NCBI GenBank assembly: GCA_043813875.1
Contig: JBDRKP010000063.1
Coordinates: 1 to 24,037, forward strand
From: an archaeon
Lineage (GTDB): Archaea; EX4484-52; B79-G9
DNA length: 24,037 nt
Direction of reading: 5' to 3'
Positions 1-8,337 of the stretch are shown here, one piece after another. How positions within the stretch are numbered: position 1 is the first letter of the stretch; each line of letters opens with the position of its first letter. The notes beneath the pieces were generated by a model. That model made no database searches. It worked only from the letters and a program-made list of their open reading frames with translations, and was not told the origin of the DNA. The position numbers and the translations under genes were made by a program.

Positions 1-699
1 GTCGTCCCTGTATTCGGTCACGATTATCTTTGCGCCGGCATCTACTATTGATCTTATGTGCTCTTTTGATGCGCCGTGCGTCTCTACGATCATGGTTATG
101 TCTGATGTCTCTTTTATTTCTTTGATCATCTCTTTTGGCACTTGTATACTGCTTTTGGCGCCGGTCTCAAGGTAGAGGTATCGCATGCCGAAGTATTCGC
201 CGCCGAGCGCGTGCATGGCTGCAAGGCGCGAGCTGTCTTTCGGTATGGGCTTGACGTCGCCCATCCATGACAAGGTTGCTCCGGGCTCTATCACAAGATA
301 TGCTGCCGGTATCGCCTCTATGTTCATCATCTTTACTACTGGAGCGCCCAGTGCCTGCGCGCCTACCATCCAGTAGATGTTCCTTGAGTTGAGGAGCGTC
401 ACAAAGAGGATTGCGCTGACTTCTTTTGAGATGTCGCCTACGTTCGTTGGCAGCAGGATGACGGGCAGTTCTGTGGATGCCCTTATTTCTTTTGCGCATC
501 TGCTTATGGTGAGGGGGGATGCTCCGAGTGTCGGCCTTAAAAGAATCGCGTCTGTTCTTGAGTCATTTGCGTTTTTTGTGAGTATGCTGCATGTCGAGTT
601 GTTTTCGCATTCGTCCGGGTCGATGACGGTGAAGTGGAGCGCTTTGTCTTTCTTCAGTTTTTCGATTATTATTTTTTCTATTTTGCCTTTTTTTATCAT
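1..699 (-). CDS. Geranylgeranylglyceryl-phosphate synthase-like protein (group II GGGPS/PcrB TIM barrel), degenerate active-site motifs; 3' end runs off the window
   Basis: Absent from the ORF track (no stop in window). Manual translation from ATG 699: MIKKGKIEK...LHFTVIDPDE...TDAILL...LPVILLP...LLNSRNIYWMVGAQALGAPVVK...IEAIPAAYLVIEPG...EYFGMRYLYLETG...DAGAKIIVT, matching the GGGPS signatures IDPD, LLNSRNxYW, GAQALGAP and GMRxxYLE. Confidence 0.9.
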   Translation of the reverse strand, partial: MIKKGKIEKIIIEKLKKDKALHFTVIDPDECENNSTCSILTKNANDSRTDAILLRPTLGASPLTISRCAKEIRASTELPVILLPTNVGDISKEVSAILFVTLLNSRNIYWMVGAQALGAPVVKMMNIEAIPAAYLVIEPGATLSWMGDVKPIPKDSSRLAAMHALGGEYFGMRYLYLETGAKSSIQVPKEMIKEIKETSDITMIVETHGASKEHIRSIVDAGAKIIVTEYRDD

Positions 700-919
700 G
701 CAATCACATTGTTGTGAGCCTATTGGTATTCCGATAGTTATTTTTCGGGATTATCCTTTGTCGTATGCCGATGCTTTACTGGTTCAGTTTGTCTGCTTAT
801 TAATAGCCTTGTCATACTTTTAAATTTATTGGACTATGTTTGCCTGTGTGTGATTGGCGTTTGCTCAATATAAAATAGAAAAAAGAAAAAGTGTGTCCAT
901 GAATCGAGGACTGTGTTAT

Positions 920-1060
920 CTAGCCGCCTATCTTGAACATCTTGGTTCCGCAAGTAGGACATGTGCCCTTTGTCGCTTTTCTTCCGTTTTTCATTGTTGT
1001 CTGTTCCGGATTTTTCATCTCTCTTTTTGCTTTGCATTTTACACAATATGCTTCTACCAT
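920..1060 (-). CDS. Small zinc-ribbon protein, DUF5679 family (46 aa)
   Basis: Manual translation MVEAYCVKCKAKREMKNPEQTTMKNGRKATKGTCPTCGTKMFKIGG*: two CxxC pairs, AYCVKC...KNGR...G.CP.CG.KMF pattern, and an AGGTGA SD just upstream. Below the ORF-track length cut-off. Confidence 0.9.
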   Translation of the reverse strand: MVEAYCVKCKAKREMKNPEQTTMKNGRKATKGTCPTCGTKMFKIGG

Positions 1061-1136
1061 ATTATCACCTAAGTATTAATGGTCTAGGTAATATATAAAG
1101 ATTGATGACGGCATTTGCGGATGAAGAATATGAGAG

Positions 1137-1220
1137 TGCAGGGGACGCGATTCGAACGCGCGAAGGAACTAATCCACAGGGCCCTCAACCCTGCCTCTTA
1201 GGCCGCTTGAGTACCCCTGC
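1137..1220 (-). tRNA. tRNA-Leu(GAG)
   Basis: GCAGGGG/CCCCTGC acceptor stem, anticodon arm CAGGG-TTGAGGG-CCCTG, long variable arm, GTTCGAATC T-loop; CCA not encoded. Confidence 0.95.
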
Positions 1221-1250
1221 ATGTAATAATCAGTATAACTTCCTAAAAGT

Positions 1251-1502
1251 TTAAAAACCTTGTTGAATGTCTGTCATTGCGCTCATGCCGAAATCAGCAG
1301 CGTTTCCTTTGGGTTTTGTGTTCAGGAGGTCGGCGAGTACCAGCTTGAAGCTTTCCTGGAAGACGAATCGCTGCATTCCAAGGTCTCCTGAGAGGCTTTT
1401 TGTCCTGAAGGCGTCTATGCAGGAGTCTTCTGATATTCTTATGGCTGTTTTTACCAGCTTTCTCAGTTCGAGTTCTTTTAGTTTAAGTTCATCCATTTCC
1501 AT
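1251..1502 (-). CDS. Hypothetical protein (83 aa), probably co-transcribed with nnrE
   Basis: ORF overlaps the nnrE 3' end by 14 nt and has an AAGGAG SD upstream; mostly helical, no family recognised. Confidence 0.6.
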   Translation of the reverse strand: MEMDELKLKELELRKLVKTAIRISEDSCIDAFRTKSLSGDLGMQRFVFQESFKLVLADLLNTKPKGNAADFGMSAMTDIQQGF

Positions 1503-2130
1503 GCTGTCCAGCTCCTTTTTTTATTCCTATGTCTGTTATTATGATCTGTCCTGAGTTTGATTCGGTCATGCCTTTTTTTATGTCGTGGAATGTTATGGTG
1601 ATGTCAGGCTTTACGGCGGTTCCGAGGGCATTGCCTGTGTCCGGGTCTATGCCGCTTGGGCAGTCGAGTGATATTTTTGTGCAGTGCATGTCGTTGAATG
1701 TCTCTATCATTGTCTTGTAGGGGTCTTTTACTTTGTCTTCCAGACCTATGCCGAGCATTGCGTCGATGGCTATGTCTGTTGTTTTTAGTATGTTTTTTGG
1801 TGGTTTTCCTGTGTATATGCTGATTTTCTGGTTTTTTACGATGTTATAGTTTGTTTTTGTTTCTTCTGTTCTTATGTTTTCGGGTGGTTTTGCGAGGAGG
1901 ATGGCTACGTTTGCGCCGTATTTTTTGGCGTGTCTTGCAAAGACTAGGCCGTCGCCGCCGTTGTTGCCTGTGCCGCAGAAGATGAGGATGTTCTTGTCTT
2001 TGAGGCTGCCGAGTTTTTCGTGGACGATTCTTGCTGCATTTGCGCCGGCGTTTTCCATGAGAATTATGGCAGGTATGCCTCTTTTTTGGGCGTCTTTGTC
2101 TATCTCATACATATCTTTTACTGAGATCAT
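1489..2130 (-). CDS. nnrE: NAD(P)H-hydrate epimerase (stand-alone YjeF_N domain)
   Basis: LMENAG, CGTGNNGGDG, IDAMLGIG, SLDCPSG and TITFH motifs; no fused dehydratase domain. Confidence 0.95.
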   Translation of the reverse strand: MISVKDMYEIDKDAQKRGIPAIILMENAGANAARIVHEKLGSLKDKNILIFCGTGNNGGDGLVFARHAKKYGANVAILLAKPPENIRTEETKTNYNIVKNQKISIYTGKPPKNILKTTDIAIDAMLGIGLEDKVKDPYKTMIETFNDMHCTKISLDCPSGIDPDTGNALGTAVKPDITITFHDIKKGMTESNSGQIIITDIGIKKGAGQHGNG

Positions 2131-2194
2131 GTATGTTTTATGGGTGTCTTTATTAATAAAATGTCGTGGTCTATGTATATTGAAGAAAAAAGAA

Positions 2195-2268
2195 TGCTCC
2201 TGCCGGGATTTGAACCCAGGTCGCTGGCGTGAGAGGCCAGAATGATTACCGGACTACACTACAGGAGC
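2195..2268 (-). tRNA. tRNA-Glu(CTC)
   Basis: GCTCCTG/CAGGAGC acceptor stem, anticodon arm CTGGC-CTCTCAC-GCCAG, GGTTCAAATCC T-arm. Confidence 0.95.
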
Positions 2269-2370
2269 GTCGGGAATATCAGAATATGCAGAAGTATATT
2301 TTAAATAATTAATGGATTATATAATAGTTATTGCAACTTATGGCTGGTCATTTTGTGGCTTGTCTATCGT

Positions 2371-2526
2371 GGGCCGGTGGTCTAGTTGGTTATGACGGCG
2401 CCTTGACGGAAACTTCGATAAGTTTCATCATCCGGGTGACCTTGAGCTTCGCTTGAGGGCACTATCGCATTGATGAATGGGTTTTCAAATTGGCGCAGAT
2501 CGGCGGTTCGAATCCGCCTCGGCCCA
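2371..2526 (+). tRNA. tRNA-Val(GAC) with an 82-nt intron at position 37/38
   Basis: 5' exon 2371-2408 (GGGCCGG...GCGCC TT GAC G) and 3' exon 2491-2526 (T GGCGC...GGTTCGAATCC...TCGGCCCA) splice to a 74-nt cloverleaf. Confidence 0.93.
2409..2490 (+). other. Archaeal tRNA intron with canonical bulge-helix-bulge junction
   Basis: Central helix TTGA (2403-2406) pairs with TCAA (2485-2488); 3-nt bulges CG|G and AT|T; outer helix AAACT/GGTTT. Confidence 0.9.
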
Positions 2527-2589
2527 TGCTTTTTTTGATCTGTAGTTGTTAGTTTCTGTAGTTTTATTGTGTGTCTTTACAGGCAGATA

Positions 2590-3453
2590 TTATTCTTTGC
2601 TCCTAAGCTCTACAATGAAAATGTTATCATCTTTATGTATTGTCTTTTTGAAGCAGTTAAAGAAAGACTCGTTTTCCTCGAGGCATTTCTGTATTTTCTC
2701 GATATTTTGCCTGCCTATGCCGTGTATGTGAATAAAATCTATGCCATATCTTTTTGATATATTCAGCTTATTCTCTATCTGTTTTTTAATCTCTATTTTG
2801 CTCATTTCCTTGTGTACAAATACGGCGACAATTGATTTTGATACGATGACATCATATATGTTTTTAAAATCGTCTTCTGTACACTTTTTTTCTTTTAATG
2901 AATTGTATAAGGGCATCAGCATAGCCTCAAAATAACCAGCGCTATAGAGATTTGCAATGTTATTCCCGCGGGTTCCGAACTGGCATCTTATGTCGCTTTT
3001 TATTTTTTCTATGCTTTTTCCTTCTTTAAAGAGAGATTTCATAAAAAGTGCGGTTTCCAGTGCTTCATAGTCTGATTGAGGTATCACGCCGTTGAAGAAC
3101 CGAAGAATTGCCCGGTCGTTCTTGCTTTCTTTTTCATAGTACTCAATAATCCTGTCGAACATGGTTGATGCATTCTTTTCAAGTATCTTATTGCCTTCAT
3201 CCAGATATCCTGTCAGTAAAGGTAAAAGCTGTTTTTTTGCATCTTCGGATATTACGCCCGTGTCTAAAGTCAATTCCTGTTTTTTTTCGTCGAGGTATAT
3301 TCCATCTGCAAGCTTTCTGCTGCTTGAATTGACTGTAAGAGAATTCCCATTGTTGTTGGAATTAATCGTTTTTGAGTTATCGATATTTATATTCAGAAGA
3401 GGAGAATTGATCTCTATTTTTATGATCTCTTTCAGTTTATCGAGGAGACTCAT
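2590..3453 (-). CDS. Hypothetical protein (~287 aa) with possible C-terminal Smr/Alba-like domain
   Basis: Long AT-rich ORF; start taken at ATG 3453 (MSLLDKL), 4 nt after the upstream stop. The C-terminus FVH...YGIDFIHIHGIG...IFIVEL resembles the Smr IIHGxG pattern. Confidence 0.75.
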   Translation of the reverse strand: MSLLDKLKEIIKIEINSPLLNINIDNSKTINSNNNGNSLTVNSSSRKLADGIYLDEKKQELTLDTGVISEDAKKQLLPLLTGYLDEGNKILEKNASTMFDRIIEYYEKESKNDRAILRFFNGVIPQSDYEALETALFMKSLFKEGKSIEKIKSDIRCQFGTRGNNIANLYSAGYFEAMLMPLYNSLKEKKCTEDDFKNIYDVIVSKSIVAVFVHKEMSKIEIKKQIENKLNISKRYGIDFIHIHGIGRQNIEKIQKCLEENESFFNCFKKTIHKDDNIFIVELRSKE

Positions 3454-3457
3454 GCAA

Positions 3458-3688
3458 TCATCTTTTTGCAAGCTTCATAAGGGAAACTACATTATTCTTG
3501 ATGAAAACTTCTGATCCCCTTTGAAAGCCTCCAAACTCATCAAGATTTATCTCCTCCCCGTCAAAAGTAAGAACTTTCTGTTCGGGGTTGCCTTTCTCCA
3601 CAATATACCCTTCATTGTCTACGCTTTTGCCAAGCATATCCAGAATATCTCTTTTTGCGGAGGATGTAAAAGTAATTCTTGTATTCAT
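3458..3688 (-). CDS. Small hypothetical protein (76 aa), first gene of a two-gene module
   Basis: AAGGTG SD upstream of ATG; globular-looking sequence; closely coupled to the downstream ORF. Confidence 0.75.
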   Translation of the reverse strand: MNTRITFTSSAKRDILDMLGKSVDNEGYIVEKGNPEQKVLTFDGEEINLDEFGGFQRGSEVFIKNNVVSLMKLAKR

Positions 3689-3801
3689 ATAAACACCTTT
3701 GGAATTTTATCTCTAATTCGTATAACCTGTTCAACTATATGGATAACTTTAATTAGATTTGCATCTATTTAAAATATTCTTGTACCAGACGATGTGATAT
3801 T

Positions 3802-4791
3802 TTATGTCAGTCCCAGCATGTCGCCGAAGATCATGAACAGGATTGTTTTTGCGCCGTAGTTTATCAGGAGCGCTAAGCTTACGAAGATGGGGACGTATTT
3901 TATGCCGCCTTTCAGGTTGCCGGACTGTATCAGGGATATGAGGAGGCCTGCAAAGAAGGTGGTTATGACGAGGGCTGCGATGCTGAAGTAGTTGAAGAGA
4001 TCAAGATCGATGTCCGGCTTTGACATCTTCAGCATCCCTGTGTCTGCGAATTCTGTGTCGAAGTCCATGTCCTGCCACATGCCTACTGTCGATGAGACAA
4101 GGAATGATGATATCGCGAAGAGGAAGGGTGCGCCGAGCACTGCAGCCATGAAGATGAACATTATGTACATCATGACGCTTGATTGTATCTCTTTCTGGAG
4201 CGTTTCCGTGTTCCTGATGTCGACTGCGGTCTCTTCTAAGAGTTTTGCAACTGCGCCGCCGGATCTCAGTCCTTCTACCAGGAGCCCTACTGTCCTTTCG
4301 AGAATGCATGATTTCACTTTTTTTGTCAGGCTCTGGAATGATTCGTCAATCGGCTGTCCGCCGTAAATCTCGAATGCCACTCTCCTGAATTCCTGGCCCA
4401 GATCCCCGAATTCCGGCCTTGCTGAAAACAGGAGTGCCCGGTCTATGGTCAGCCCGGACTTGATGTTGGATGCGGTCAGAAGCAGCATGTCCGGGAGCAG
4501 TTGTTCCATGTTTTTTCTTCTTGCTTCTGCAACGACAGAGTAGATTATGTATGGTGAGCCGAATCCGACTATCATGATCAAAAGCGGAGGTATGATGCTA
4601 AGCCAGAGCGGGGCGCCACTAAAGCCGTATAGTATGAAGAAGTCCAGGAATGCCATGGTGTAGAAAACCATGAATAACCGGGATACAAAAGTTTCTTTGT
4701 AAAATTCGTGGCCTGCATAGCGTGCTTCTTTATCGAGCAGTTCCTTATACCATCTCGGAATCAGGTTGTAAATCATATTTTCGTAATTCAT
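3802..4791 (-). CDS. tadC: Type IV/Tad pilus membrane platform protein (T2SS-F domain, TadC/FlaJ-like)
   Basis: LPDMLLLTASNIKSGLTIDRAL...ARPEFGDLGQEF...GLRSGG T2SSF motifs plus several TM helices; in operon with the ATPase. Confidence 0.88.
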   Translation of the reverse strand: MNYENMIYNLIPRWYKELLDKEARYAGHEFYKETFVSRLFMVFYTMAFLDFFILYGFSGAPLWLSIIPPLLIMIVGFGSPYIIYSVVAEARRKNMEQLLPDMLLLTASNIKSGLTIDRALLFSARPEFGDLGQEFRRVAFEIYGGQPIDESFQSLTKKVKSCILERTVGLLVEGLRSGGAVAKLLEETAVDIRNTETLQKEIQSSVMMYIMFIFMAAVLGAPFLFAISSFLVSSTVGMWQDMDFDTEFADTGMLKMSKPDIDLDLFNYFSIAALVITTFFAGLLISLIQSGNLKGGIKYVPIFVSLALLINYGAKTILFMIFGDMLGLT

Positions 4792-4797
4792 GTTGTC

Positions 4798-5667
4798 CTA
4801 CACCCTTACTGTCGGTCTTTTTGTCTTTATCAAGTTCAGGAAAATCAGCTGGAAGAATATCAGCCCTACAAGTATTGTGATGAGTATTGCCGGTGAGAGG
4901 GCTGTTCCTGTGAATGTCGATAGTATTATCATGAAGGTTATGCCAAGGGACGGCATGATCACGCCGACCATCATGTACATCAGTGTCCAGGGGTTCAGTT
5001 CCTGGCCGTATTTCTTTATCGAGATCAGCTGATCCTTTATTATGTCGTCTACGATGTTGCCTAATGGAGTGCCTATGTCTGTTCCTGTTTTCATCGCGTT
5101 CAAAAGCTGCCAGAATGATCTCCTGTAAGAGAGGGACGGATTGACGAGTATGCTATCTTCGATCGCTTCTGTTTCTGATTTGCCGCCGTTGATGTCGCGG
5201 ACTATCTTCTTGAATTCTTCTGATACGGTGCCGTATCCTTCTGAGACTGCAACGAAGGCCTGGTATAGCGGTATGCCTGACCTTACCTCGATGAGGATGT
5301 GGCGCAGTGCGTTCGGAAGGTCCTGTTCTATCTTGCGTGCTTTCACCTTTGCCTTGACTTTTGGCCTGAACATTGTCGTATAGAACATCATGGCGAAGAC
5401 AAGCGGGCCAAGAAGGACGATCATTTTCAGCAAAAACATCATTTCCAGCCTCAATATAAGGCCAGTCACGACTATGCCTACAATGAGCATGACTGTCTGG
5501 TTGACGGTCAGGTATATGGAAATGGCGATGTGCTGCCTTAGGGTGAGGTCTGTGTCAGACTGGCGCAGATCCATGGCTATGGATGCGAACATGGGTTCCA
5601 GGTCTCCTGAAATCTTCAGGTACTTCCTTGACTTGTTGAGCATGAATTTCTTCTGGAGTGTTTTCAT
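4798..5667 (-). CDS. tadB: Type IV/Tad pilus membrane platform protein (T2SS-F domain, TadB-like)
   Basis: IEQDLPNALRHILIEVRSGIPLYQA...YGTVSEEF...VIMPSLG, with TM helices. Confidence 0.85.
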   Translation of the reverse strand: MKTLQKKFMLNKSRKYLKISGDLEPMFASIAMDLRQSDTDLTLRQHIAISIYLTVNQTVMLIVGIVVTGLILRLEMMFLLKMIVLLGPLVFAMMFYTTMFRPKVKAKVKARKIEQDLPNALRHILIEVRSGIPLYQAFVAVSEGYGTVSEEFKKIVRDINGGKSETEAIEDSILVNPSLSYRRSFWQLLNAMKTGTDIGTPLGNIVDDIIKDQLISIKKYGQELNPWTLMYMMVGVIMPSLGITFMIILSTFTGTALSPAILITILVGLIFFQLIFLNLIKTKRPTVRV

Positions 5668-5741
5668 AGGATCGTGCCATCGGTTGTTTTCAGCGCTTTC
5701 AGGGGTCTTTTAGCAGATTGCGGGCAAGGACTGAAGCAATA

Positions 5742-7910
5742 TTATTTCGGAGCTATCTCTTTGTAGAGCTCTTCTCCCAGTATCTCTTTTGGTGATGCAT
5801 TTTTTTCTGCGAATCTTATGACTGAGCTCTCATCACGGTAGTATTCTGCAAATATCTTGCCTACGGTGTTTATTGTCTTGATCTGGTATTTTATCATCCA
5901 TTCGAGGATTTTCACTTTGTTTGCCAGGTCCATGTCAATCTCTTCGTTGGTCATGCCTGTATATAGCTGGATCTCTTTGTATATCCGGTAAGACTTGCCC
6001 ATCTTTTCGAGGGTGTCTGTTCTTGGATTCCACTGGTATATCAGGTTCAGGGAGCTTCCTTCTTCTGCCTTGACGACCTCTGCGACTTCAAGCGTCCTTC
6101 TGATGCCCTTTCTTCTGTGCCTGTACTGGACGACGATTATGTGGAGAGCACTTAACATGCTTACGGGGAGGTTTATCGGCGGGTTGGTCAGCCTTTTGTA
6201 GACCTCTTCTGCTTTGTCGCCATGGAATGTGGCGTATGCCGAGTGACCGGTCCTGATGGCTTCGAACATGACTTCTGCTTCTTTTGCCCTTCTTATCTCG
6301 CCGACGATGATCCTGTCTGGCCTCATCCTCAATGAGTTGGCAAGCAGATCAAGCATCGTGACCTGTCCTTTGCCTTCCGGATTGGCTTCGCGCGATGAGA
6401 ACGGTACCCAATGCAGGAATTTCGGGAGGTTGATCTCGCGGGTGTCTTCTATGGAGATTATTCTCTGGTTGGGGGGCATGAATGGCATCAGTATGTTAAG
6501 CATCGATGTCTTTCCGGAGGCTGTACCGCCGGCGACCAGGATGTTGAGTTCATATTGTATGGCAAGCCACAGGAGAGCGGCGACTTCGTTGGTCAGTGTC
6601 TTGACTTCAAGGAAATGAATTATGGTCCAGGGGGATCTTGAGAATTTTCTTATGGTTATGGTGTTACCGTTTGTGGATATCGGGAACAATGTCGCGTTTA
6701 CCCTGTCTCCTGTGCTCAGGTGGGCGTCCATCAGCGGTTCCAGGTTTGTTATCTGCCGGCCGACTCTCCTTCCGATGGATGATGAGTAGTTGTATATCTT
6801 GTCTTCGCTTTTGGTGAACATGTTTGTCTTGAGCCAGCCGTGGTGTTTGTGATATACCCATATCGGGAATTCGTGGCCGTTGACTACTATCTCTTCAAGG
6901 TACGGGTCGTTTAAGAGCAGTTCTATGTCCCCGAGTCCCAGCATCTCGTGTATAAGGTTGCCTGACAGTGTCTTTTTCTCTTCGTCAGATACGTTCGGCA
7001 GGTAGCGGTCGAGAAGGTCGTAGGCTTTTTTCATGAATTTTTCTTTTACGACGCCGAGAGCTGAAGGGTCGACAAATTCTTTTGTGGATACCTGGACGAG
7101 CATGATGAGCTGTTCTCTGATGGCGTTCAATATCGCATGTGTGCCTATTGTCACCATGGGGCGTTTTATGTAATATATAGGCGTGTATTGGGTGGTTACG
7201 TTGTATATTGTGACTGTTGCATGGACGTTGTCTGCAATGACGTCGTATTTTTCGACCTCTATCCCGCCGGTGATGTCTATGTCTCTGTCATCGCTTGTCT
7301 TTTGCAGCAATGAGCTTATCGCTATTTTTTTTTCTTCGTCATCGTCGTCCTGGGCCTCTGATTCTTTTTCGTTTTTTTCTTTATCTTTTGGCTTGCTGCC
7401 TGAATCTGATTTGGGTGCGCTGTTTTTTTGGTTTCCTGGTATCTCCTGCTTTTTATCTTCGTGTTTTTCAGGTTCGTGTGGCGCCTGTTTACTGATCTCA
7501 CCGGGCGGAGCAGGATTTTTATCTGTTGCAGTATCATTGATGGTTTCCTTATCTGTGCTCTTTATTTTTTTGACCATGCCTTTTGTGGTCTCTTTTTTAG
7601 TTTTGCTGGCAGGTGTCTTTTCTAATCTTATCATTTTCTTTATGATCTTCTCTTTTGCTTTCTTTAGTCTTTCTTCTTTTGAATCTGTTTTTTTTCTTTG
7701 TTTGGGGGTGCCTTTTTCTTTTGTCTTTTTTGTGTCCACTTCTTTTGATTTATCTTTTTTTTCTTCAGTATCATCTTTTGCTGTCGTGGCATCTATCTTC
7801 TTGTCCAGCACGTGTGATTTTATCTCATCGTGGCTGGTTGTTGTGTCTGTTTTTGACGTTTCAATTGGTTTTTTTTTGATGAAAGAGAATATTCCCATAA
7901 TTTCACGCAT
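5742..7910 (-). CDS. tadA: Pilus assembly ATPase (TadA/CpaF/FlaI, VirB11 family) with a long charged N-terminal extension
   Basis: Walker A GGTASGKT, Asp box IEDTREI, Walker B RMRPDRIIVGEIR, His box TGHSAYATFH. Alternative start at ATG 7898. Confidence 0.95.
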   Translation of the reverse strand: MREIMGIFSFIKKKPIETSKTDTTTSHDEIKSHVLDKKIDATTAKDDTEEKKDKSKEVDTKKTKEKGTPKQRKKTDSKEERLKKAKEKIIKKMIRLEKTPASKTKKETTKGMVKKIKSTDKETINDTATDKNPAPPGEISKQAPHEPEKHEDKKQEIPGNQKNSAPKSDSGSKPKDKEKNEKESEAQDDDDEEKKIAISSLLQKTSDDRDIDITGGIEVEKYDVIADNVHATVTIYNVTTQYTPIYYIKRPMVTIGTHAILNAIREQLIMLVQVSTKEFVDPSALGVVKEKFMKKAYDLLDRYLPNVSDEEKKTLSGNLIHEMLGLGDIELLLNDPYLEEIVVNGHEFPIWVYHKHHGWLKTNMFTKSEDKIYNYSSSIGRRVGRQITNLEPLMDAHLSTGDRVNATLFPISTNGNTITIRKFSRSPWTIIHFLEVKTLTNEVAALLWLAIQYELNILVAGGTASGKTSMLNILMPFMPPNQRIISIEDTREINLPKFLHWVPFSSREANPEGKGQVTMLDLLANSLRMRPDRIIVGEIRRAKEAEVMFEAIRTGHSAYATFHGDKAEEVYKRLTNPPINLPVSMLSALHIIVVQYRHRRKGIRRTLEVAEVVKAEEGSSLNLIYQWNPRTDTLEKMGKSYRIYKEIQLYTGMTNEEIDMDLANKVKILEWMIKYQIKTINTVGKIFAEYYRDESSVIRFAEKNASPKEILGEELYKEIAPK

Positions 7911-8232
7911 TTTAGTTCTTATGTAGAAATATATATGAGGTTGTTAATATAGTTTTTTTAGGAGGAAATGTGTTTATTGCGTGTTGTTATTTGAGAATGA
8001 GCCTTTGGGTTATGCATTGGCGGAAAAAGGGGATATCCATGGCACTGGTTTGATTGATTTTACTGATGATAAATGTTGGTAGAATCAGATTGAGTGGTTT
8101 TTCTATGGTATATATAGTAAATCGAAAATTCGAAAAATGAAAAAGTGAGGCAGTGTGATGTTTTATAGGTGCCTCTTTATAAATAAAATTTCTGAGACTT
8201 CTCTGTGATGCAAGAACTAATAATCAGAGACG

Positions 8233-8325
8233 TTACTTTTTCTTCTTGTGCCTCATTCTCTTGAGCTTTTTCTTTTGCTTGTGTTTTCTCATTTTTGAGG
8301 ATTTTCTTTTTTTGCCGCAAGGCAC
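8233..8325 (-). CDS. 30-aa basic protein resembling ribosomal protein bS22/mS38 (AURKAIP1/COX24 family)
   Basis: GTG start with a GGGTGA SD 5 nt upstream; translates MPCGKKRKSSKMRKHKQKKKLKRMRHKKKK*, matching the recalled MP(S/C)GKKRKRHKMATHKRKKRLRKNRHKKK pattern. Not in the ORF track. Confidence 0.75.
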   Translation of the reverse strand: MPCGKKRKSSKMRKHKQKKKLKRMRHKKKK

Positions 8326-8337
8326 AATTTTCACCCT

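Noticed and set aside
167..1072. ORF-track calls 167-499, 185-376, 377-823, 834-1046 and 854-1072
   Set aside because: Shadow frames of the GGGPS-like and DUF5679 genes, which the track missed.
2371..3800. Integrated provirus or plasmid at tRNA-Val
   Set aside because: No integrase and no duplicated tRNA 3' end (att) seen in the window.
8147..8230. Second C/D-like RNA (GTGATG...CTGA) with two short stems
   Set aside because: Boxes are imperfect and the spacing non-canonical; the stems could be terminator-related or chance.
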